A DNA stretch of 64,000 nucleotides, from assembly GCA_977030845.1 (NCBI GenBank), contig OZ365115.1, positions 31,000,001 through 31,064,000 on the forward strand, in the 5' to 3' direction. The notes below the pieces were generated by a model. That model was not told the origin of the DNA and searched no databases. It saw nothing but the letters and a program-made list of their open reading frames with translations. A program made the translations under genes and the position numbers. Origin of the DNA: Fimbriosthenelais zetlandica. Lineage: Eukaryota. How positions within the stretch are numbered: position 1 is the stretch's first letter; each line of letters begins with the position of its first letter. This document shows positions 38,986 through 50,525 of this stretch, piece by piece.

Positions 38986-40483
38986 GTTCTTTCAAATGTA
39001 TTTCAATTTTTATCAAAGGTTGTTACAAATGACAATGAGAAAAAGGCACGCATGTTTGGCCTTACCATTGACAGGCACATCTGCTATATCCTGATCAAAA
39101 TCCTGAATAAAGACTCACAATGTCATAAATGGACGTCCTGGTTCATATATCTATTATAAATCCCTAATCTCTGACAAGAAAACAATAGTTAAGAAATAAC
39201 AACAGAATATATCATTAATTTTAACAAAACAGGTCTAAATCATTGTTCATTAAAACAGATCTAGTGTTCCTTCTACTATTATCAGCTTTTTAGCTTCTCT
39301 CGAGTAGGGCTGCTCTCGCACAAAAAGTGCTCTCGAAAAAAAAACCCTTACTTGATTTGAAGGCCTGGTATATTCAATATAGTGGTCTATGGTTATTCAC
39401 ATTGAACAGGTCTGCCATGATTGCCACTTGTCACATTTTTTGCGGTATGATAGGTATACTACATATAATATTAACATTATTAGTCATGGTCATAAAAATT
39501 GAATAAAAGAACTTTTTATTCGATTAGATACTGATATGATTGTATTGGTCTTGCCTTATCCCCTCGGTTATATATAACTATGCTTAAAGGTAGCTTCTTA
39601 ATGTCCAAATGAAATACTGTATTGAATGTTATCTGTGCATATGTGTGTATATATAATATTTTTATGTACATTTTAATTTTCGAACATGTTTGAGAATATA
39701 CAATATGAGTGAAACTTAATTGAAATTGAATGTACCATATTCATCACCCGACACAAATTGTAAAAATTTCAGGTATGAGTACAAGTGATAAGAATTGTTA
39801 AGCTTAAAGCAAAGGTGTGCGGTTTCTATGTAAATTGTTGTGTTAAGCCAGGTCTATACTCAATCTGCAACCTGATATTACATCAACATTACGAATGTCA
39901 TTCTCTCTTAACAATAAGCTGCTGAGAAGTACTTTGTATGTCTATATGAACTGCTATATATATCAGATAATACGGGAGGCACTGATAGGCCAATAACAAG
40001 GCCAGTAAAAAGGCCCACAAGTTGTTTAAATACTCAATAAAAAAAAATAAAAGAATTCCTACACTTACAAGACTACCACTGACACCATTGCGTGACAAAT
40101 CTATCATACAGACTGCCCTATTTTAAAGGGGACAGACCCAAATTTAATATTAGAGGGCTATAATACATTCGGATTACAATGGACACCCGAGATTGCACAC
40201 GTGCACAGACGTTTTATCGCGGCTTTTTCTGGGGGCACAATAATTATTATTTAATCATTATATTTGCGTAGACCTATGGGGAAAACACTGATTAGCATGT
40301 GCTAATATCGTTGTATATACCCATTACATTTATTAGACAAGGTCAGACGAGGCTAACTATTATATTGATTTGGGGCTTTGATCAATGACAAACCTGTTAT
40401 GATTTTGGGTTTAGGTACAACCATCGTGCACTTGGGAGGTTTCGGCTGTTCTCAATTCATAAGGATTACAAAAACATCCAGAG

Positions 40484-42543
40484 ATGGACCAAAGTGAGGA
40501 GGCAGTACCTGCCATACAGGTCGTCCATGATACCCGGGATAATGTGGACACACAGATGCAAAGTAGAGTGCAATGGATCAAAGAGCACCGGCGCCAAATT
40601 ACCCAGACTCTCGTCCTCTATTTTGCATTCTTCGCTAAGGTATGTAGTTTATAATCTAACCCTTTCCAGAAGGCAAAAATGCCTTTTGCATTGTCAGAAA
40701 TGGCGTACTGATTATTATAGTCATGCTGTATCGGTACTTCCTTCAATGATGCGTCTCTATGGTGCACTTATGAAAGGTTATATTCTTCAGGGATTGGGAT
40801 TTTCTGTAGTAGGACCAACATTGCTGGATTTAGGACGGATCACCAATTCTGACACTCAGGCTGTCTCCTTTGTGTTTTTCTCGACTTCACTGGCTGCTGT
40901 TTTTGGTGCTATTTTAGCTGGGGCACTCATCCCACGTATGAACCATTGGCTTTTACTTGCTATCTCACAATTTTTGAGGGGGATTGCCACCATACTTGTG
41001 CCTCATACTTCAATGTTGCCTGTCCTGTGTGTAGTCTTTGCATTCAGTGGAATGTCTGGGGCGGTTTACGATGCTGGTAAGTAATTAGTATATATCTTGA
41101 TTTTCCATTATGAATTTGAATAGCTTTGTTGGTCTGCCTTATCCAAATTATGGTGAACTGAAGAATTGATGAGGGACAAAGTTTCTTCGTAACTGATAAG
41201 AATTTAATTAACATATGATTAATATCCAATGTGAATGTCAAATTCAGATCAATTCAGTCAATGATTTCATTCACTTCCTCAGGAGCGAACATGGTCCTGC
41301 TGAAGGTTTGGGGCAAAGAGAATGGTCCATGGATGCAAGCTCTTCACTGCATTTTTGGTCTTGGTGCCTTGCTGGGTCCTCTCATTGCTGAACCTTTCCT
41401 GTCCGAGTCACGTGTCACAGAAGTAAGCACCACAGGAAGTTCCTTAATAGAGAACCTCTCAGCTGTTGTCACACAAGATCCTTCTGGTGCACTTAGAATG
41501 GTCTCCAACTCGTCCGACCCTGCCCGTCCAGGTTACAATATGACATCTGTTGAAATGCACAGATCAATGACCAATCTGACCCAAAACATGCCAGTCAATC
41601 CAGTCCCATACAAGACTGACATAATTTGGGCCTACCTGATTATTGGGCTAGCCTGTATAACTGCCGGTTTACTTCTCATGTATGTCATGTTCTTCTGCAG
41701 TGAAGTCAAGCTCTCCTGTCTGAACAAACTCAAACAGGAATCTAAAGAAGAAAAGAAAGATGGTAGCAAACTTAAAAAGAAGAAGCTGACCATCACACTG
41801 ATTGCTTTGCTGTTTGCTTTCTATCTGACATACTGTATACTGGAGCTGAATGTTGGCAATTATCTCACGGTCTTTGCTGTCGAAGCATTAGGATGGAGTG
41901 AGAAAGACGGTGCTAAAGTGACAGCTGGGTACTGGGGTACTTTTATGGCTGGTCGAGCATTAGGCATCCTAATAGTTAATTACATCAGTCCCGCCAAAAT
42001 CATCATTGGTGATTTAACTATCAGTGTTCTTTCACTGGGAACACTCATGTTCTTGGCACATGTAGACACTGCTGTTTTGTGGGTTACTACTCTGGTCCTC
42101 GGCCTTGGGATATCCACTGTGTTTGCTACAGGTTGGTATTATTTTGCCTTTTATGTAATTATGCCTTTCCCTGTGCCTTCTCTCATGATTCATCAATGTC
42201 GCACAAGAAAATCTGAATATATGTAAAGGAAACTTTTTTTGCAGGAATTACATGGGCTGAGATGTACATAAACATAAGTGGAGGTATTGGAGCTGTATTC
42301 ATGATAGCTGGAGCTGGAGGGGAATTGGTTGGACCTCTCGTCATAAGTGCCTTATTTGAAAAGCTGGGGCCCCATACATTTGTTTATGTAATGTTCACTG
42401 CCGCATGTACACTTGTGGTTCTGTTTGGTGTAATGTTATTCATAGCCAGGAAGCTGGGCAGACGTCAACCAGACAACGAAGCTGAGAACCCAGAAGAAGT
42501 GGAACTCCAGAATCCTGTCACTGAAGACAGGACTGCAATTTAG
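40484..42543 (+). CDS. MFSD4-like: MFS transporter, MFSD4-like, copy 2
   Basis: Exons 40484-40639, 40791-41076, 41283-42131, 42245-42543; same structure, intact frame. Confidence 0.88.
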
Positions 42544-43195
42544 TTAAATTGAGTTCTTTCAAATTTATTACAATTTTTACCAAAGGTCGTTACAAATGAA
42601 AAATGAGAAAAAGGCATGCGTAATTGGCCTTACGATTGACAGGCACATTTGCTATATCCTGATCAAAATCCTGAATAAGCAGTCACAATATCACATTTAC
42701 CTATTGCAACTTGTCACAATTTTATGTGGTATGATAGGAATACTATATATAATATTAACATTATTAGACACGGTGATAAAAATTGAATAAAAGAATTTTT
42801 TAAAAAGTTGCGTTTTATATCACCAGGGTGATAACCTAAAGTTGCCAAAACCATAGAATTCCTGCATGACTACCACTGACCCCATTGCATGGTATATAGA
42901 TCTATCACACCGACTGGTTGATTTATTGCGGCTTTTTCAGGCCACTGGGGGCACAGTAATTATTATTTAATAATTATATTTGGTTCGGTGGGGTAAATAC
43001 AGAGTAGCATGTGCTAATATGGGTGTATAGACTCATTACATTTATTAGACAAGGTCAGACGAGACGAAATATTATATTAAGTTGGGGCTTTGATCCATGA
43101 CAAACATGTTATGATATTGGGTTTAGGTAAAACCATCGTGCATTTTAGACAATTAGACTGTTCTTAATTCATAAGGATTACAAAAACATCCAGGA

Positions 43196-45945
43196 ATGGA
43201 CCAAAGTGAGGAGGCAGTAGGCCTACCTGCCATACAGGACGTCCATGATAACCGGGATAATGTGGACACACAAAAGCAAAGTAGAGTGCAATGGGTCAAA
43301 GAGCACCGGCGCCAAATTACCCAGACTCTCGTCCTCTATTTTGCATTCTTCGCTATGGTGAGTGGCTTATAGTCTAGGAATTTCTAATTTAACCCTTTTC
43401 CCAGATGGCAATAAGCCTTTTGCATTGACATTGAAAAACGGCACAATACTTTCCTTGAGGCATTCCGAGTGAAAAACGGCACAATGCCTTTAGTGCATTA
43501 GGTGTTGACATTTGTCATAGAAAACCCTATAGCCTACACTTGGCAGTCTGGCCTTCTGGGAGGTCAAAATGTGCCAGGTGGTTAAAGTGAAAAACCTGCC
43601 ATCTATTTGGGAACATATATACGTAGAAATCTGCCGCCTGGATTGGGTTATGAGTTTTATATAGGCCTAGGGACATCAGGACTATGTGTACAGGTTCTTT
43701 TAAATGGTTGATTATTGTATATAGTTATGCAGTACCGGTATTTCCTTAAATGAGATGTGTATATGTATGATGTACTTATGAAAGTTTATATTCTTCAGGG
43801 ATTGGGATTTTCTGTAGTAGGACCAACGTTGCTGGATTTAGGACGGATCACCAATTCTGACACTCAATCAGTCTCCTTTGTGTTCATCTCGAATGCAGTG
43901 GCTTCTCTTGGAGGTGCTATTTTAGCTGGAGCACTCATCCCACGTCTGAACCATTGGCTTGTACTTGCTATCTCACAATTGTTGAGGGGGATTGCCACCA
44001 TACTTGTGCCTCATACTTCAATGTTGCCTGTCCTGTGTGTAGTCTTTGCATTCAGTGGAATGTCTGGGGCGGTTTATGATGCTGGTAAGTAATTGTTATA
44101 TATCTTGATTTTCCATTATGATTTTGAATAGCTTTGTTGGTCTGCCTTATCCAAATTATGGTCAACTGGAAAATTGATGATGCACAAAGTGTCTTTGTAA
44201 CTGATAAGAATGTAATTTACTTACGATTAATCCAATGCTAATGTCAAGTTCAGAATCATTCACTCAGTCAATAATTCATTCATTCATTTGCCTCAGGAGT
44301 GAACATGGTCCTGCTGAAGGTTTGGGGCAAAGAGAATGGTCCATGGATGCAAGCTCTTCACTGTATTTTTGGTCTTGGTGCCTTGCTGGGTCCTCTCGTT
44401 GCTGAACCATTCCTGTCCGAGTCACGTGTCACAGAAGTAAGCACCACAGGAAGTTCCTTAATAGAGAACCTCTCAGCTGTTGTCACACAAGATCCTTCTG
44501 GTGCACTTAGAATGGTCTCCAACACGTCTGACCCTGCCCGTCCAGGTTACAACATGACATCTGATGAAATGCACAGATCCATGATCAATCAGATCCAAAA
44601 CAAGCCAGTCAATCCAGTCCCATACAAGACTGACATAATTTGGGCCTACCTGATCATTGGGCTAGCCTGTATAACAGCCGGTTTACTTCTCATGTATGTC
44701 ATGTTCTTCTGCAGTGAAATCAAGCTCTCCTGTCTGAACAAACTCAGGAAGGAATCCAAAGAAGAAAAGAAAGATGGCGGTAGCAAACTTAAAAAGAAGA
44801 AACTGACCATCACACTGATTGCTTTGCTCTTTGCTTTCTATCTGACATTCTGTATAATTGAGGTGAATGTTGGCAATTATCTCACGGTCTTTGCTGTCAA
44901 AGCATTAGGGTGGAGTGAGAAAGACGGTGCTAAGGTATCTTCTGCATGCTGGGGTACCTTTACGGCTGGTCAAGCATTAGGCATCCTAATAGTTAATTAC
45001 ATCAGTCCCGCCAATATCATCATTTGTGATTTAACTATCAGTGTTCTGTCTCTGGGAACACTCGTGTTCTTGGCACATGTACACACTGCTGTTTTGTGGG
45101 TTACTACTCTCGTCCTCGGCTTCGGGATATCCACTGTATTTCCTACAGGTTGGTATTATTTTGCCTATTATGTAATTCCAACGAAAGAATAATGTTATTC
45201 CAACAAGTGGGTGGATGGCCAAGTTGGTTCGGGCCCAGGTGGCTATTTTGGGCCTCCTTTAAACCCAACTTCAACTTGCATTAGGTCATCTCCCTCCCTC
45301 CCTCCCTCTGCCCTCATACTACCCACCTATACCTCCTTCCCCCTCCCTTTGCCCTTCTCTTCCACCCCCCCCCCCCCTCTCCAATCTAGCCTTCTTTAAT
45401 TTGTCTCCCATCATTTCCCCTCTCCCTTAGCTCCTTTTCCTCTTCCTTCTATTTTTCCTCCACTCTATATTTATAGAGCCCATCTTTTATAGCATAAGAT
45501 CTTATTTTGTGCTCTATAGTTTCCAAAATACACCAGATTTCACCAAATAATGGGGTGGATCCCGAGTGGTTATATATTTTGCTTTTCCCTGTTCCCTTCT
45601 CTCATCATTCATCAATGTCGCACAAGAAAATCAGAATATATGGAAAGGAAATGAAATCTTATTGCAGGAATAACATGGGCTGAGATATATATAAACATAA
45701 GTGGAGGTATTGGAGCTGTCATTATGATAGCTGCAGCTGGAGGTGAATTGGTTGGACCTCTCGTCATTAGTGCCTCAATTGAACAACTTGGGCCCGATGC
45801 ATTTGTGTATGTAATGTTCACTGCCGCATCCACATTGGTGGTTCTGTTTGGTGTAATGTTACTCGTAGCCAGGAAACTGGGCAAACGCAACGAAGCTGGG
45901 AACCCTGAAGAAATGATCCTACTGTCTGGAGAGTCCTATCATTGA
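43196..45945 (+). CDS. MFSD4-like: MFS transporter, MFSD4-like, copy 3
   Basis: Exons 43196-43357, 43799-44084, 44297-45148, 45668-45945; intact frame; introns 1 and 3 are longer than in the other copies. Confidence 0.87.
45211..45583. other. Approximately 370 bp insertion with a long polypyrimidine tract in intron 3 of MFS copy 3
   Basis: Absent from the homologous 100-140 bp intron of the other four copies; C/T-rich from about 45288 to 45465. Confidence 0.7.
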
Positions 45946-46026
45946 GGACAGGACGGTTTAGTTAAATTTCCATTTTTATCAAAAGTCATTACAAATGGAA
46001 AATGAGAAAATGGCACCCATGTTTGG

Positions 46027-46110
46027 CCAGACATCAACCAGACAATGATGCTGAGAACCCTGAAGAAGTGGACACCCAGAGTCCTATTCTGTTAACCTGA
46101 ATCCTTTCCA
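46027..46110 (+). pseudogene. Remnant 3' end of an MFS paralogue (copy 1/2/4-type C-terminus)
   Basis: agacatcaaccagacaatgatgctgagaaccctgaagaagtgg matches the RQPDNEAENPEEV coding segment but lies in the 3' flank of copy 3. Confidence 0.75.
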
Positions 46111-46149
46111 ATGTATTTCAATCCTAAGGCACCAAGCTATATATGAACT

Positions 46150-46292
46150 ATAGTGACACAACGTTGGCAAAAGGTATTATTGTTATTAGTAGGCTATTAT
46201 GCTTAATGTCGCCTTGCACAGATGTGATGTACCTATGCTCTATGTAAAGATCAATATTACAGATGGAGGGAGATGGACCCCGGTCCACTACC
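46150..46292 (-). pseudogene. Duplicated fragment of a NAD kinase exon plus adjacent intron
   Basis: 46201-46292 aligns with 56318-56409 at about 87% by eye and translates [28 protein letters not shown]. The donor GT is mutated and the 5' end of the exon is missing. Intron words (gttggcaaaag) are retained near 46163. Confidence 0.88.
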
Positions 46293-46704
46293 CTACTGAG
46301 ATACAAGATAGCATACACACTAACCTATTTCCAAGGAGGACAGACTCATTTTTTTTCTATATTACAGAGCTAGTAATAATACATTGGAAACCTGAGATTG
46401 GACACGTGCACAGAAGTTAACTTATTGCGGCTTTTTCAGGCCACTGGGGGCACGATTAGTGTCATAATTATATTTGCTTAAGTGGGGAAAGGTACAATGT
46501 TACATGTGCTAATATGGGTTCATATTTCACCGAGATAACCAATTCATTTATCTGACAAGATCAGATAGATCAGACGAGGCTAACTATTACATGGAGTTTG
46601 GGTTTGATCCACAACAAACCTGATTTTGGGTTTAGGTCTAACCATCGTGCACCATAGACGTTAGAACTGTTCTCAATTCATAAGGATTACAAAAACATCC
46701 AGAG

Positions 46705-48899
46705 ATGGACCAAAGTGAGCAGGCGGTAGGCCTACCTGCCATACAGGACGTCCATGAGGACACACAAAAGCAAATTAGAGTGCAATGGATCAAAGAGCAC
46801 CGGCGCCAAATTACCCAGACTCTCGTCCTCTATTTTGCATTCTTTGTTGGGGTGAGTGGCTTATAATATAAGAATTCCTAATTCAACCCTTTCCAAATGG
46901 GATATGCCTTTTGCAATCTCGGTGAAAAGCACAATACTTTCCTAAAGAACATATGCCTAGACATCTGCCGCCTGGATTGGGTTATGAGGTCTGTAAAGGG
47001 ACATCAGGTCTACGTGTACAGGTTCCTTTAAAGGGTTGATTATTATAGTCAGGGTGTACCGGTACTTCCTTAAATGAGATGTTAATTAACGTATGTAATA
47101 TGATACACTTAGATTAACGTACATTCTTCAGGGATTAGGAGCTTCTGTAAAAGGACCAACGTTGCTGGATTTAGGACGGATCACCAATTCTGACACTCAG
47201 TCAGTCTCCCTTGTGTTCCTTGCTAATTCAGCGGCTGCTCTTGGAGGTGCTATTTTGGCTGGGGCACTCATCCCACGTCTGAACCATTGGCTTGTACTTG
47301 CTCTCTCACTATTATTGAAGGGGATTGCCACCATATTTGTGCCTCGTATATCCATGTTGCCTGTCCTGTGTGTAGTCTTTGCGTTCAGTGGACTTGTTGG
47401 GGCGGTTTTTGATGCTGGTAAGTAATTGTTATATCTGGATTTTTCATTACGAATTTGAATAGCTTTGCTGATCTGCCTTTTAAAAATTATTATCAGTTGG
47501 AAAACCAATGATACCAGTATTTTTGTAACTGATCAGAATGTAATTTGCTATAATTAATATCAAAATATTAAAGTCAAGTTCAGAATCATTCATTCAGTCA
47601 ATGATTCCATTCATTTCCTCAGGAGGGAACATGGTCCTGCTGAAGGTTTGGGGCAAAGAGAATGGTCCATGGATGCAAGCTCTTCACTGTATTTTTGGTA
47701 TCGGTGCCTTGCTGGGTCCTCTCATTGCTGAACCTTTCCTGTCCGAGTCACGTGTCACAGAAGTAAGCACCACAGGAAGTTCCTTAAAAGAGAACCTCTC
47801 AGCTGTTGTCACACAAGATCCTTCTGGTGCACTTAGAATGGTCTCCAACTCGTCTGACCCTGCCCATCCAGGTTACAATATGACATCTGATGAAATACAC
47901 AGATCCATGACCAATCAGACCCAAAACAAGCCAGTCAATCCAGTTCCATACAAGACTGACATAATTTGGGCCTATCTGATCATTGGGCTAGCCTGCATAA
48001 CAGCCGGTTTACTTCTCATGTATGTCATGTTCTTCTGCAGTGAAGTCAAGCTCTCCTGTCTGAATAAACTCAGGAAAGAATCCAAAAAGAAAGATGGGGT
48101 TAGCAAAGTTAAAATGAAGAAACTGGCCATCACACTGATCGCTTTGCTGTTTGCTTTCTATCTGACATACTGTATAATTGAGGCGAATGTTGGCAATTAT
48201 CTCACGGCCTTTGCTGTCAAAGCATTAGGGTGGAGTGAGAAAGACGGTGCTAAGGTATCTTCTGCATACTGGGGTACCTATACGGCTGGTCGAGCATTCG
48301 GCATCCTAATAATTTATTACATCAGTCCCGCCAATATCATCATTTGTGATTTAACTATCAGTGTTCTGTCACTGGGAACACTCATGTTCTTGGTATATGC
48401 ACACACTGCTGTTTTGTGGGTTACTACTATGGCCCTTGGCTTCGGGATATCCACTATATTTGCTACAGGTTGGTATTATTTTGCATATCTAATGAATTTC
48501 AAAAGCCTGTATTGCCTTTATGATTCATTAATGTCACATATTTAATCTGAATATACATGTATAAAAATGAAATTGAATCTTTTTGCAGGAATTACATGGG
48601 CTGAGATGTATGTGAACATAAGTGGAGGCATTGGAGCTATATTTATGATAGCTGCAGCTGGAGGTGACATGATAGGACCTCTCGTCATAAGTGTTTTATT
48701 TGATAATCTGGGGCCCCATACATTTGTTTACGTAATATTCACTGCCGCATGTACACTTGTGGTTCTGTTTGGTGTAATGTTATTCATAGCCAGGAAGCTG
48801 GGCAGACGTCAACCAGACAACGAAGCTGAGAACCCAGAAGAAGTGGACCTCCAGAATCCTGTCACTGAAGATAGGACGGTTGCACATGAACTAAACTGA
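46705..48899 (+). CDS. MFSD4-like: MFS transporter, MFSD4-like, copy 4
   Basis: Exons 46705-46851, 47132-47417, 47623-48468, 48589-48899; intact frame. Confidence 0.88.
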
Positions 48900-50200
48900 T
48901 ATAAGTACTACAGTCTCTTGTCATTTGTTTTAAACATTATCAGTACAATATACTGAAAATAAACGAGAAAATGCACCCTGTTCACATGGAATCCAGAGTT
49001 GCATCCACAGATAAAGCGTTGTGTTTATCGACAATAGACAACTTATTCAGATAGGCTATTTACGACACCTATGTGGGGTGGAGAGGGTGGGTAGGGTTCA
49101 TATAGCCACATTGATCCTATTGTCTACTCCATCAAGCCAGGCAGGGAAATTTAATGGCTTTAAAGTAGGGATTGTAATCCTTACTAGAGATTTGGCTTTA
49201 AAACTAGAGTAGAATAATTTCATTCATTTTTGTTGTGAATTGATTCATGAACTACTAAAGAGATAAATCCGTTTAAATTATTGTCAATATTTTGTGACTA
49301 GCCCCTATAATAAATTTATATGTTTTGACTGATTTAACCTTCCAGAATTTATTTTAGTCGGCATAGACTATTGAAGTTGAACCCGCCCCTATTGTTAGCT
49401 TTTAGCTTCTGTCAAGTAGGGTTATCCTCGTACAAAAGTACCAGGGGAACAATTTGCTGGCTAAAGTTGAAGGCCTTATACCTCCACACTTGGTGAACCT
49501 ATCCTTAACCATTGACCCAGGGAGACTCATTCTGATGCAGATCGAGTCTGGAGGGAAGGGCTTGGGAGGACTCAACATTTTTAGCAGTCAGTTTGGGAGC
49601 GCATGCATAACAATGGCATAGTGGATAGAGTGTGGCACTCTTACCACTACACCATGAGGACTCAGGTAAGTACAGCCAGCGACAGTATAGTACATAATCA
49701 TCAAATGTAAGAAGGATGTTTGAGACGAGAAGGTTTGAGAGGGATACATCATCAGTCTCCTGATAAAATCTGCTCACCACCATTTTGGCGAAAATCTTTT
49801 TATGGGAAAATTTAGTAGAGACGCGTCATGTGCACATCTGGTTAAATTCCCTAGTGCCCTAAATATATTACTTTAAATGGTAATATAAATGCTAGGGCAC
49901 CACAGGCTCCACCTAGCGGAGCAAACGGATTGATACTCTATTTTGTTATCATCATTATCTGTTCATTATGACTGTTTTCAACAAGCTATTTCGTGATGAG
50001 ACCAGCTATCTGGTCATAAGATGCACTCATGAAACCCTACCACTACAGCATGAGGTCTGATGTGATCGAGTTGGGAGGCTTACTATACAGAAGTGTGCCA
50101 ATTGTCAATGTAGGACATAAGGTAATAACAATCACGATAAAATAATTAATTAACCTTTATAAATTGTAGAAGAAGGATGGAGAGTGTAGGATAAGTAATG

Positions 50201-50289
50201 AGGAGTCCTCGGATGAGGCCTCTTAGAAGTTTAGAGGTCATCAGCATATGAGACCTCTAAATTTCTAAGAGCCTTCACCTTAAGACTCT
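50201..50289. repeat. 89 nt imperfect inverted repeat (hairpin)
   Basis: 39 nt arms with a roughly 11 nt loop; 31 Watson-Crick pairs, 4 G.U and 4 mismatches on the + strand. Confidence 0.85.
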
Positions 50290-50525
50290 TTTCCACACTA
50301 ATTATATTTGGTTAGCTGTTAGTAGGGCAAAAGTGCAGTGTCTCATGTGCTAACATTTGTGTATATTTCACCCAGATCAGACGAGGCTAACTATTATGGT
50401 CTATTAATTATACTTAGTTGGGTATTTGATGCATGACAAACCTGTTATGATTTTGGGTTTAAGCCTAACCATCACCTTAGACGTTTGGACAATTCATAAG
50501 GATTATAAAAACAATACTTACAAGG

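Noticed and set aside
49505-49800. 92-aa minus ORF with a good Kozak context, and a tRNA A-box-like TGGTGTAGTGGT on the minus strand
   Set aside because: No B-box or acceptor stem and no recognisable protein; probably a decayed insertion unique to this spacer.
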